Source: Octopus bimaculoides
Lineage: Eukaryota
Reading direction: 5' to 3'
Assembly: GCF_001194135.2 (NCBI RefSeq)
Contig: NC_068985.1
Location: 21,765,188 to 21,829,187 of the forward strand
DNA length: 64,000 bases
Part shown: positions 22,340 through 34,949 of the stretch, piece after piece
How the letters are laid out: the number at the start of each line of letters is the position of its first letter
Position numbering within the stretch: position 1 is the stretch's first letter
Notes under the pieces: generated by a model
Told to the model about the DNA's origin: nothing
The model's database searches: none
Seen by the model: only the letters and a program-made list of their open reading frames with translations
Position numbers and translations under genes: made by a program

Positions 22340-23340
22340 ATACTTCATTGGTTGTATGAACAAAGTCTATTGTGTGCTTGTGGCCTTGTGTGATGGCTGT
22401 CTGGCTGAATCATTGTTGAAGTATCTGTAAGTGCTTGGATAGAAAATGAGTGGTGTGACGAGGATATTTGAGTGTTTATCAGTATATGTATGGGAAGGTG
22501 TTTAAAGGAAAAGAAATCAGTTATTGATACTGGACCAAGCATTTTGGAAGATTTTGCCAATAAAGCCAAGAATCAAGAGCTCCACATTGTTGTACAAACT
22601 TGTAAACAGTGGGTCAGATGAGAGAAGACTCAGAACTGAAGTTGCAGAATACAGGCCTGAATGACTTGGTGTTGTTGTGCCAGACATCTAACAAATGTGC
22701 TCTAAAACAACCAGCCAACCAACCAGCCAACCAACCAGCCAGCCAACCAACCAACCAACCAACCAGCCAACTAACCAGCCAACCAGCCAACCAACTAACC
22801 AGCCAGCCAACCAACCAACCAACCAGCCAACTAACCAGCNNNNNNNNNNNNNNNNNNNNNNNNNNNNNNNNNNNNNNNNNNNNNNNNNNNNNNNNNNNNN
22901 NNNNNNNNNNNNNNNNNNNNNNNNNNNNNNNNNNNNNNNNNNNNNNNNNNNNNNNNNNNNNNNNNNNNNNNNNNNNNNNNNNNNNNNNNNNNNNNNNNNN
23001 NNNNNNNNNNNNNNNNNNNNNNNNNNNNNNNNNNNNNNNNNNNNNNNNNNNNNNNNNNNNNNNNNNNNNNNNNNNNNNNNNNNNNNNNNNNNNAACCAAC
23101 CAACCAACCAACTTCCAACCAGGTTCCATTGAGTTGACATTTGATACAGTAGATGACAGGTTTGAAGATACTGTCATCTACTGCATGTGACATAGAAAGG
23201 CGATCTAGGATCATCTGCGGTGATGATGTTTATGTCTTTTAGTAATCATGGGACAAACATTGCAATGGGATCAGAAACAGGCAAAGGATCCAGGTTGGGT
23301 ATGGTGAGGGGTGAAGGAACTGCATTGAGGATAATAATGT
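22340..23340 (-). mobile_element. Penelope-like element fragment (GIY-YIG endonuclease region) split by an (AACC)n tract
   Basis: PGSFAC...CNVCPMI, KPVIYCIKCQL and [11 protein letters not shown] match PLE zinc-finger/GIY-YIG motifs. Confidence 0.65.
22707..23112. repeat. (AACC/AGCC)n tetranucleotide repeat spanning an N gap (22840-23093)
   Basis: Direct reading. Confidence 0.95.
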
Positions 23341-23609
23341 ATTTAGCGCATTATTCAATGTGTCATTTTTTTTAATTACAAAAGGGTGTGATTTTAAGGA
23401 TACCTGGCTCCTAATTTTAGCAGGCTGAATATCTGCATAGAAACTCCCTCGTAGGTTTATGTTTCTATGTTGTTATTAGCATTAGTGGTGGTGATGATAA
23501 TCAATTTAATAGTAAAAAATTTTGTTTTATTTTCAAAAGAAAAAAAAAAAAGAAAAATGGAATTTTCTTTGTATTATCTTTTATGTCTTTTCATATCACC
23601 ACTTTCTAG

Positions 23610-23934
23610 AGATTTAACCCAGCAGTCAGACAATAATGCTGAATGTAATCGCAACTCTGACAGTCCTGTCTCAGAAAAAGGAAAATCCCATTCAGGTGCA
23701 GACTTTAATCACAAGGATGAGATAGTTACTGCTGCAACATGTAGGATCCTTACTGAGAAACACATAAAGCTGCACACTGAGGGAGCTGTCTCTACTTTCA
23801 AGAAGAAGACATCTGATCGATTGTCACCCACTCAGATCAATAATATACTGCCAGAACCATACGATGTTTTGGTTGAAAATTCCACCCAAACTGATTTCAC
23901 AGAGTCTGTCGATCAGAATATTCATCAACAAGCA
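23610..23934 (+). CDS. PLAT-domain gene exon (DLTQQSDNNAEC...NIHQQA)
   Basis: CACTTTCTAG acceptor, 108 open codons, phase 2-0; donor GTTAAG is weak but required by phase. Confidence 0.7.
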
Positions 23935-24399
23935 GTTAAGTCATTTTCATAATCAAGTTCATTGTCATCATCATTTCAATGTTCAGCTTACTAGGGTTGC
24001 ATTAACTTTTGTCAATGTAGATTTATTATGGGTGGATACTTTTCTTGTTGCTAACCCTCAATTATTTCCAAGTAAGGTAATATTTCTCCTTGGCTGAACA
24101 TGTTTTTGTGGAAGACTGGAAATGAGTTTATGATGTTGACACTTGCTTATAACTATAATGTGATGTCGATACAAGGGGACAGAAATACACATGCATGCAC
24201 ACACGCACACGCACACAAAATGTCTTTCTTCCAGTTTCTGATTACCAAATCCATTCACAAGGCTTTGGTCTGCTTTGGGGCTATAACAGAAAACACTTTC
24301 TCAAGATATCATGTAGTGGGACTGAACCCCAAAACTACATGGTCGGGAAGCAAACTTCTTAATCGCACAGCCATACCTGCACAAGTTATATTTATCAAA

Positions 24400-24860
24400 A
24401 TGAATAGGCTTCAAATTTTGGCCTCAAGGCCAGCAATTTCGTGGGGAGGGGATAAGTCAATTATATCAACCCCAGCGCTCAACTGGTACTTATTTTATCG
24501 ACCATGAAAGGATGAAAGGCAAAGTAGACCCTGGCTTTATTTGACCTCAGAACATATACTTCTTTATTGCCCACAAGGGGCTAAACATAGAGGGGACAAA
24601 CAAGGACAGACAAAGGGATTAAGTCGATTACATTGACCCCAGTGCATAACTGGTACTTAATTTATCGACCCCAAAAGGATGACAGGCAAAGTCGACCTCG
24701 GCGGAATTTGAACTCAGAACGTAACGGCAGACGAAATACCGCTAAGCATTTCACCCGGCGTGCTAACGTTTCTGCCAGCTCGCCGCCTCAGAACATACAG
24801 CTGAATGAAATGCTGTTAAGTATTTCGCATGGCATGCTAATGGGCAGCTCACCACCTTTC
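24400..24860 (-). mobile_element. Nested SINE family B copies (young full copy at 24566-24788)
   Basis: Near-consensus reverse copy inserted in an older copy. Confidence 0.85.
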
Positions 24861-25086
24861 AAATGTGTAATATAAATGAAAAGAAGGATACATAAGCTCT
24901 GTGCTTGTTGGGATGCAGTTCTTTTGAAGTTAGTTTATAGCTGCTTGTTTTCACAGATATCCTACCAATCATAATAATTATGATCCACACAGCACTTTAA
25001 CTGCTCATTTATAATGCATGAAAAGAGCCATATCCATTTATTATGTGTGTCATAGCTATGTTTTATTGATTTTGTTTCTATCAAAG

Positions 25087-25269
25087 GTTAACAATGAAAT
25101 AACATCTGGCTCAGTCACTAATTATAAAATTGTGGTAAAAACTGGTAATAAATTAGGTGCTAGCACCAGAGCTCAAGTTAAAATAGTGCTATATGGAGAT
25201 CGTGGAAGAACTAAACCTATAGATTTGCTTGAATCGAAGACAAACAAGATAAAATTTCAAAAGGGAAAG
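25087..25269 (+). CDS. PLAT/LH2 domain exon 1 (YKIVVKTGNKLGASTRAQVKIVLYGDRGRT...FQKGK)
   Basis: Classic PLAT N-terminal motif Y.I.V.TG...GA.T.A.V.I.LYG..G; AG/GT boundaries, phase 0-0. Confidence 0.9.
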
Positions 25270-25705
25270 GTAAATATCTTTTTTTTTTATAAAGTTAGTA
25301 TGAAAAACTTAATTAATCATATTGATCTATTTTCATTTAGTTATTGATTTTGACTCTGAAAGTAATTAAAATACTAAATTCATTGTTTTAAGTTAGAAAA
25401 ATGAAAGCTTTTCTGTTAGCATATTGACATATTTAAATTCCAAAAACTCATTTAATATTTCTTAATCCCTAATGATCAACTACTACTTCAGTCCCTGTAC
25501 ATTAATTCTAGTTGTGTTATGTGAAATTTAATCTTTGAGCTGTTTTAATGATGATGGATAGCAATCTTTTCTATAATTTTATGTTTGTGTTAATCTCGCC
25601 AAATATATATTTCACTCTAAAATGCTTGGTCAGCTTGGAATCCCTTTAGAGGTTTATTGACAACAAATAATATCTGAAGTTATATATTTTATTTTAATTT
25701 TTCAG

Positions 25706-25784
25706 GAGGATCATTTCTTTGTGGAGTCATTTTCTGTTGGTCATTTGGAAAAGATTCGCATTGGCCATGACCGTCCTGAGTTGC
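25706..25784 (+). CDS. PLAT/LH2 domain exon 2 (EDHFFVESFSVGHLEKIRIGHDRPEL)
   Basis: D.F......G.L.KIRIGHD motif; TTTTTCAG and GTAAGT, phase 0-1. Confidence 0.92.
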
Positions 25785-26084
25785 GTAAGTTGCTTTTATA
25801 GCCTAAGTGATTACTTTTTTTTATCCAATAAATCTATATTATAAAAGTAGTAGATGACATTGCTAAGCCTGTACTTCATAATCAATATGTCGTTATTATT
25901 AATTTCTTCTGGTTAGTTACATTATCTGCAAATTTATAGGAAAAAGAAAATAATTTATATAATGATATTCATATCTTTCTTTTGTATGAAGTAAAAAGGC
26001 TTCAAACAGGAATCAAAACTTAATTTTAGACTCTAATTACAAGACACTTGCCTCATTGTAAATAATAATAATGATTGTATATCA

Positions 26085-28760
26085 ATCATCATCATCATCA
26101 TCATCATCATTTAGTGTCTGCCTTTCATGCTAGCATGGGTGGGACAGTTTGGGAGGAGTTGGCAGGCAGAGGCCTGCACCAGACTTCTGTGACTGTTTGG
26201 GCAGGATTTTTACAGCTGGATGACCTTCCTAACACCAACCACCCAGCAGAGTGGACTTAGTGCTTTTTACATGGCACAAGCACAGGGTAGGTCAGTTTTG
26301 GCAAGGTTTTTACAGCTGGATGCCCTTCCAAATGCCAACCACTTTACAGTGTGGACTGGATGTTTTTGAAGTGGTGCCTGCACTGACAGGGTCACCAAGT
26401 AATCTGCAAGACAAAAATTTTTTGAGAGGGGAGGGGCATTGGAGGAGGTGATCTTATATCAGATGATGAGGGGTTATAGTACAACAGAGAAACAGAAACA
26501 GGTGTCTTGCTGTAGAGGAGGTACAAGGTTACCCAGCTGGGGGGAAAGAGGGAGAGAGAGAGATCAAGAATGAGGATAGAAACAGGTATGTTGCTGCAAA
26601 GGAGATACATGGTTACCCAAAGGAGATACATGGTTACCCAAAGGAGATACTTGGTTACCTGACCAGAGGGAAGTGCTGGAGAAGGGAGAGAGAGAGAGTG
26701 GGAGGCATCAGAATAGAGATGTTGGCAGTGCCAGGCATACTTTCAAGGGATGGGGATCAGAATATAAATGGGATGGTTGATTAAAGGCAGAGAGAGATAT
26801 AGATGGTGGCAAGTGCCAGGGCATACCCTTGAGGTTCAAAGGTCATAATATATTTGGCAGGATATTGCCAAAGAAGCATGATTAGAGAGTAGGGAGGGGA
26901 AGTGAATGGTGAAAATCTGGGTATATAGAATGGGCGGGGTGCTACCAGATAGCAATGATATAGAGAGACAGGGCCATGAGGACAGGATTGGGGAGTGAGA
27001 GGTAGGCATAGTGCATGAAGGAGGAAATGTGAAGAAGAGAAGAGATTTAGAGATGTAGATTGGTTTGTTGGGGAAGGGTGTGTGGCAAGTTTTCTTGTTA
27101 CATGTGGGTAGAACATGTGGAGGCTACCAGATAGCAATGTTACAGTGGGACAGGGTCAAGAGGACGGGATTGGAGAGTGGGAGGTAAGCATAGTGCATGA
27201 AGTGGAAATGTGAGGAAGAGCTGTAGAGACATGGTTTGTTTTGTTGTGGTAGAGTGTGTGAGAAGATTTCTTGTTATGTGTGGGTGGGACACACAGCACT
27301 TCTAGAAATCAGTTTCGTTGATATGGGCGGGTATTCTCAACAACAATTTTGGTCCTTGCTAGGTTAATTTTATGGCCCTTTGATTCCAGGTTTTGCTTCC
27401 ATACCTGGAATTTATTCTCTAATTCTGCTAAGGATTCTGCAATAAGTGCAAGGTCATCAACATATAGCAGTTCCCATGGGCGTCCAGTTTTGAATTCCTC
27501 TGTTACAGTCTGGAGGACTATAACGAATAAGGGTGGGCTGAGAACTGAGCTTTGGTGAACTCCTACTTGTACGCTAAATTCATTACTGTATTCATGGCCG
27601 ACTCTCACCTTACTGACAGCACCACTGTACATGACTTGTACAGCTTTAACAAGCCACTCCTCTACTCCTAATTTCCTTAGAGATCACCATATAACAGATC
27701 GGACAACTCTGTCGAAAGCTTTCTCCAGGTTGACAAAGGCTAAGTACAATGGCTTACTTTTGACCAAGTACTTTTCCTGCAGCTGTCTCACTAGGAAGAT
27801 GACATCTGTGGTTCTCTTGCCAGGCACAAAGCCAAACTGCATTTCATCTAGTTTATTTCTATTTCTAATCAATTGAGCTACAACCCTCTCTGTAATTTTC
27901 ATGACTTGGTCTAGCAGTTTAATTCCTCTGTAGTTGTTTCTATCTAAGGCATCACCTTTACCCATGGTGCCTTTCTGAATAACCTGATTAACAATATGGG
28001 TGACTAAGCTGTATCCTACACCACTGGAAATTTTAATCACCTCAGCAGTGATTCTTGATGGCCCAAGGGCTTTCCCTGTCTTCATATCCTTAATTGCCTT
28101 ATCTTTTATGTTGCTATCAACTCTGATGGCTGGTCCCTCAATTGGTTAGATATTTGGTAGACTCTCCTTCTTCCATTCATTTTCCACATTTAGTAACCTT
28201 TCATAGTAACACTTCCATGCTTCTTTCTTCTCTGAGTCACTAAGTGCAAGCACACCATTATCCATTCACACACATTTCTCACCCACCCATCTCTATTCTC
28301 TCTGATACACTGCTTTGCAATCTTGAACACCTCATGCCTCTGATTCTCAGTTGAACATTTGCAAATCTCTTACCTTCAGCTATTCTTTTTGCTATGTAAA
28401 CCTGACGTCTAGCTGCCCTTTTGGCTACCTGATATAATTCTCTGCTTCCACTGCTTTTTTAGTCTTTCCAGATCTGTCTATTTGCTTTTACAGTACTGTC
28501 TACCTCCTTGTTCCACTACCTTGTCACCCTTGGTCTAGCTGGGACTCTGCACCAACCACAGATTTCATCTGTAGCCCTCACTAAATTTGTCTCACATGAA
28601 CTTTTAATTGTTCTCTATGCTATATGTTCCCAACTCTTCCTCTCTTTCATCAGAAGCTTCCATTAGGAAATCTTTAAATTTCTGTCTGTTTGCTAGGTCT
28701 TTGAGCTTCCATAATCTTCTTTTCCAGACTGATTTATTTCTGCGAGTCTTTCTAGCCCTT
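26085..28760 (-). mobile_element. RTE-clade LINE, internally deleted, with a tandem-repeat-rich 3'UTR and (CAT)n tail
   Basis: RT motifs NYRGIKLL, QFGFVPGK.TTD.IF, DLEKAFDRV-like, VGVHQ.SVLSP.LF, WELLY.DDL at 27309-28085; 3' end matches family C. Confidence 0.9.
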
Positions 28761-29123
28761 GCTATTTATTTGTAATATTTTACCAATCACCTTATAATAT
28801 TACTCATATTTCCAGAAGAATTTCATATTAGAAATAACAAAATTCATACAACAAATGAACTTGTAAACTTATATTTGTCATTAATTTGAGACAGGAAAGA
28901 GAAAAAGTAAAATAGGTTCCATCATTAGAATTCTTGCTCTTTACAGTATCTAATTGCTACTTTTAATGTATAATGTTACTTTACAGTAAAAATCTTAACA
29001 GTTAATTCTTTCATAAATTCATTTGAATTTAAAAAGTAAATAGAATTCTTTACATTTATTAATCTTCCATGTCAAATAACCAATGGTATTACATTTTCTT
29101 ATTTTTTTCATATGTACATTTAG

Positions 29124-29276
29124 CATATGCTTGGTTCTTAGACCAAATAACAATATATGACCTTCAGCAGAAATGGACCTATGAATTTCCTTGTGCTCAA
29201 TGGCTTTCTGGACAAGGTGGAGACAGAAAGACATGCCGTGACCTTGTACTTGGTCCCTACTGTGCTACTAGTGAAG
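29124..29276 (+). CDS. PLAT/LH2 domain exon 3 (YAWFLDQITIYDLQQKWTYEFPCAQWLSGQGGDRKTCRDL...)
   Basis: WFLD.I.I.D.....Y.FPC..WL motif; TAG and GTGAGA, phase 1-1. Confidence 0.92.
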
Positions 29277-30189
29277 GTGAGATCTATGAGGGCCTTTCTT
29301 GTAATACCATTTTAAAGTAGTTGTTTACTCATTTTATCTTTACGGCAAGTTATTATATATAAAGTTGGTTACTAATATATTCCTAAGTATTGTAGAGTAA
29401 AGGTAGACACTTGATGAAAAGAGTTTGTAGCTGAAGTTCAGTTTTCAGTTAAAGCTATTTCACTTATTGCTCTTGGCATCACAACTGCCATTCCATCCTT
29501 ACCTGAACTTACTAGGAACAAGCATCTACAAACATATATCCCTGATCATAAAAGGTCAACCGATTGATTCTATTGATTACACAACCAGTGGTCCTTGTTC
29601 TTTCTTCTCATTTTAATCACAGCTTATAATGTCTAAAAGTATAAAATTAAAATATATTCACACTATTTCTATAGATTTTTATATTTACTACACTATTTGT
29701 ATTTGTCCATAGCTAGACATGTTTTTTGTGGAAGACTGGAAGCGAACAGCTTCACTTGTATAACGATGATGCTCATTTACAACCACCACACGATGTCTAG
29801 ACAAAGATACACACGACTCCCTCATATCACTGAGAGTTAAAACACCTGAAAGTTACGGACAGGGGAGACAACTCGCCTCTAGTCCCATTCAGGAGTGATG
29901 GATAGTGATATTTGCCGTTTTTGTGGCTTACCAACATCACATATCTGAACTGAATCACTAGTGTATGACTATATACAAATAGCATAAGAACCATTTGCTG
30001 GCATACTACGCTGAGGAATACATAAGATTGAATTCAATTATGAATTAAAAGTAGCTCTAATGTTGTAAACATTATTGATCACACATAATCAATGTATATG
30101 TTTTGCTTGTTCACTAGTTTACTGCAGTACAATTCTCTGGGCACAACTCCCTCATAGTACTGATGGGCTTATGCAATGACAAGTGACTG

Positions 30190-30730
30190 AAACAACTGGC
30201 GATATGCTGCGTTTGAGAAGATCTGTCAAGCCAAGTGAGATTGTAGTTGTGGCTGTTGTCAGTGTCGCGTAACTGGCACATAAAAGGCACCCTTCAAACT
30301 TTGGGCAATATGCTGTGCTTGAGAAGACCTATCAAGCCAAGTGAAATCGTAGTCGTGGTCGATGCCAGTGCCATTTAATTGGTACCTGTGTTGGTGGCAT
30401 GTAGAAAGTTCTGTTCAAGTGTTGGGCCTCACGGAGGCAATGACAAGTGACCAAGACCTTTGGCGATAAACCGTGCTTGAGAAGACCTGTCAAGCCAAAT
30501 GAGATCATAGTCGTGGCCGATGCTGGTGTCATATCAATGGCACCTGTGCCAGTAGCATGTAAAAAGCACCCACTACACTCTCAGAGTGGTTCGCATTAGG
30601 AAGCGCATCCAGCCCTAGAGACCATACCAAATCAGATTGGAACCTCATGCAGCTCCCCAGCTTACCAGTTCTCAGTCAAACCGTCTAAGTCATGCCAATA
30701 TGGAAAATGGACATTAAATGATGATGATGA
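30190..30730 (+). mobile_element. Family C repeat with tandem GAGAAGACCTGTCAAGCCAAG units
   Basis: Three similar units followed by the conserved tail. Confidence 0.8.
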
Positions 30731-30734
30731 TATA

Positions 30735-31050
30735 TAATCATCATCATCATTGTTTGACGTCTACTTTCCATGCTGGCATAGGCTGAATGGTTTGACATGG
30801 AGCCGACCAGCTGGGAGCTGTCCAGATACCAATTGTTTGTAGTGGCATGGTTTCTACAGCTTGATGCTCTTTCTAACGCCAAAATATATATACATATATA
30901 TATGATAGACTTGTTTCAGTTTCCATCTACCAAATCTACTCACAAGATTTTGGTCAGTGACGGGCTTACGCAAAGTGCCATGTAGTGGGATTGTACTCAA
31001 GACCACATGGTTGGGAAGCAAGTTTGTTAACCAACCAGCCATGCTTGTGC
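30735..31050 (-). mobile_element. Family C tail plus family A head, reverse orientation
   Basis: Tail-to-tail with the preceding copy. Confidence 0.75.
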
Positions 31051-31592
31051 TTATAAACAGATGCTAAAATCTAAGCTACACTGATTTTCTTTTTATAGGA
31101 TTTGTAAGTTGTCAATTATTCTGTTTGGTTTTGTATTCCAATTTTAAATCATTTATTTTTTACTGGTTTTATTTTAGTTGCTGGATTATTGCCATGCTTG
31201 GTCATAAAGTTTTCTATAGATTATGATTCAGTAAATAATAGGGCAATGGGATAATTATTCTGTTGCTATTTTCAATAGACAAAGTTCTATGGCAAATAAG
31301 TGAATAATAGAAATGATTCCCATATTTTGATCAGAAATTATACTATGATTATTTTCATGACACACTGTGAAATGTTTGGCATTAGGAAGGTTATCCAGCC
31401 ATAAAAACTAAGCCAAAGTAAAAACTGGAGATCGATGAGGCCCCTTCAACACATCAGTTCCTATCAAAGCATTCAACCCATGCCAGCATTGAATGTGGAC
31501 ATTAAATGTTGATGATGATGACAATTAGATATCAAAAATAAATATACTTTATTTTTTTGTTGTTTTGTTATTGGGTTGTTGTTTATTTACAG

Positions 31593-31754
31593 ATATTAAT
31601 AATGTTCCAGTTGATCCTCTCATTCAGTTATTATCAGAAACTGAAAAAATTGCTGAAAAAAACCTTGATACTAATAATACATCAGATTCAAATCACATCA
31701 CTTTGTATGATAGACTTTATATTAGGGAATCTACTGATGAGGAGAGCACCGAGG
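31593..31754 (+). CDS. PLAT-domain gene exon (DINNVPVDPL...STDEESTE)
   Basis: TATTTACAG acceptor, G|GTAAGT donor, phase 1-1. Confidence 0.8.
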
Positions 31755-32324
31755 GTAAGTGAGACATTTGTTTGATGAAATACTTTTGATGCCATTCCCA
31801 AGAATATTATTATTTAACTGACATTAAATAATGTCGTTTTTAACATCTATTTTTTAAGTATTTTTATTTGGTTTAATCGTGATGAAGAAGTTGTACATAG
31901 GCCCTCCAAAACTGGTAAAGTCAATGCAGTTAATGTCCTTTTTGAACAGTTGCAAGTTGACAGTTGCAATAAAAACAAGAGCATCTTTGACCTTGCCACC
32001 AAGAGTGGTCCTATCAGGAATTTAAAACTCTCGACAGCATCGCTCTCAGAATCAATGGTCCATGCAAGCCCCTCCAATGTAGCTGGGGAAAAATACTATG
32101 ATTCATAGGGAATAGTGCATCATTTAGTTTCCTGGTGCTTTTTCATTGCTGTTCATTGTTGGTTCAATATCCTCAGACCAGCTTGCATTCTTTCTCTGAT
32201 CTATGGATATTGAACCAACAATAGGCAACAATAAAAAAGCACCAGAAAACTAGAGAATTCTTAAAGTTGCCATTATTTCAGTAGTAAGTATTACTTTATA
32301 TCTTTTCAGCTAATATTAAGAAAC

Positions 32325-32530
32325 GCAAAGGTGATGAGCTGGCAGAATCATTAGCATGCTAGGCAAAATGCTTAGCAGCATTTCATTAATCTTTATGTTC
32401 TGAGTTCAAATTCCACTGGGATCAACTTTGTCTTTCATCCTTTCAGGGTTATAATAATACACACCAGTGTAATCAGTTTATCCCCACCCCAAAAATTGTT
32501 AATCTTTTACCAAAATTTGAAACCTATTTT
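32325..32530 (+). mobile_element. SINE family B
   Basis: Homology to 13400-13635. Confidence 0.75.
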
Positions 32531-32616
32531 AAGAAATGCACCACTGAAGATTTTAAAATTTATTTCAATATGAATACTGACTATAATTTTTTTTTCTTCA
32601 TCCATTTCATTTTTAG

Positions 32617-32885
32617 AATCATCAGAATCAAATGAAAGCTGTACATCAGAGGAATATGAAAGTGAAAAGAAAGTAATCTCTGTACAAAACTATGTGACAG
32701 TTGAAACCCAGACTGTAAATGTAAACAATAAGCCTCACATGACAACTAACATTCCACAAACGACCTCATATGTAAGTAAAACATCGAAATCGAAGTCCAA
32801 GCATAAAACTACAAAGTCTAGCAGTTCTAGACAAAGCAGCCTTGATACTTCAACAGAGGATTCAAGTTCAACATCAGCTGATTAA
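32617..32885 (+). CDS. PLAT-domain gene terminal exon (ESSESNESCTSEEY...SSSTSAD stop)
   Basis: CATTTTTAG acceptor, phase 1, Ser/Thr/Lys-rich, TAA at 32883-32885; AATAAA near 33067. Confidence 0.75.
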
Positions 32886-34949
32886 AATCTGTAAATTGTT
32901 GCTAAAATTCTAGACTAAATCTAATGTATTTTAAAAAATAGTGTAAAGAATATTTCCAATTTAAACTTAGTGTTTGCTAAATATTATCAAAGGAAGATTA
33001 TAGTTTAACAGTAAATATTTGTGAGAATCATTTGGCCTTTGTTATAAATAGCTTACTGCTTAAATGAATAAAATTACAAAACTGAAGTTCTTATATGGGA
33101 AAACTTTATCCAAAGTAAAAAAATGCTATCAAAAAGATAATTATTCCAGAAAAAATTCACAATAATGAAAAATGGATTTATTTGACAAACAAATAATTGT
33201 TTCAGTGGGATGCTTTTGCAGTGTGAATGAAATAAGTGTAGTTCAATAATATATGTAATTAAATAACTTGACCATTAACCAATAGAGACAGCTAATTAAT
33301 TTTATCGTTTGTTCGTTACATAAAAGAAAGAATGAATTTATAAGGATAATAATGTCAAGATTATAATGACAGAAGAACAATAACAGTAGTGTGGAAAATC
33401 TAAAGAAGAAATATTTATTGTGTTCTGTTACTGCCGTGATTTGAATATAGGTGCCATAGTATGGTGTGGATAGCCAGATTATTTTAAATCTAAAAAATAT
33501 TGTTCTGGATCAATAAACAGAACAACATAGATTTTGAAATGTGAAGTTGACTGAAATAAATTAATGGATGTTATCAAGAATTTCATATTTTAGGATTAAA
33601 ATTTTGATATGATAATATTTGTTCATTGCTATCAAAATAAAGGTTGGTGTGATTTGATGAATAAATAAAATAATTTTATCAAACTAGAAAAAAAACAAAA
33701 CATAATCGCTTTTGTAGATCCAGGCCAGCTTTTGGAAATTTAGTAATACATGCAAGATAATATTGGATTCATATGTTTGAAAGGAATCCTAAAAGGAATA
33801 ACATTTGTAAAATGATACAAATAAATTGTTTCCAAACCTTTTATTAATTTATGATTGAATTATAAGAATTTATTCTGATTTAATATCTTTTTTTTTAATA
33901 GGTCTATAATATTTCTGAGGCAAATTATGATTAATTGATCAGTTCATTTATATCAAATATCATATATTTAGTTCAGTATTATGTATTTTTCCAATATGTT
34001 GCCAAAAAAAGTATTATATTCTGAAAAATAGGAATTGTAAATTTATTGATAAATGTTGTTAAATATCTTAGCAGGGTAATGGAAATAGTTGAGATAGGAT
34101 GCCTTGTTTTGTTTTGGGCCCTCAACTCTTTGATGGAATTGTAGGGGGTTGATACCTTGATACTCAGTGTCTTGGGAATTTTTAGAATGAATGGAGCCCA
34201 TCACTCTCCACAGCTGATTTCTTCCAGTATGAGAGATAAACAGAGAAAGAATGAGTGAAAGAAAGAGAAGAATTAACTCCAGAACAGGACTGGTATGTTA
34301 TTCATCAACCCCAAAAAAAGTGAAAGGCAAAGTTGACCTCAGTAGGGTTTGAACCCAGATCACAGAAAGCCTGAAGGATTATAACAAAGCAGTCTATCTG
34401 ACACTCTAACAACTTTGCTACTTCATCACCAATGAGGCAGTATGGCTTCTTACTAAATACTTTACAGTCTGTTTAGTAAATATTGTAAAGTATTTAATTC
34501 ACTCTTTATATTTTTGGCTTAAATCCTGCCACCAGACTCTATTTTGTTCTAAATTTAACAAAGTATCAATAATACATGTTTGTGTTAATTTTAATCAATT
34601 ATACTCTTTCCATAAAAAAACTGCCTGCATCTAGCCAAAAGAAATCAATAATTATTGAAGGTTTTCTTAGAAAAATTATTTTGATTACTGAGTATTAAAT
34701 TTGTGATGTGATAATTTTATTCAAAGCTTTATTTCAACTCTAATCAATTTGTCTTTTTGACAACAATAACAACAGTATTGATACAGTATTACATTTCCTT
34801 CCATCGTTACCAAGTTATTTCTCAGGGTTTGACAAATGTATTCATTAATAATTCAAATTGCATGACATGTAAATTCTTCAAATAAAGATAATTTTTCTGT
34901 GAAGGAATTTAAGTGTTCGATTTCATCATTAAAAATATTTTTTCTCAAG

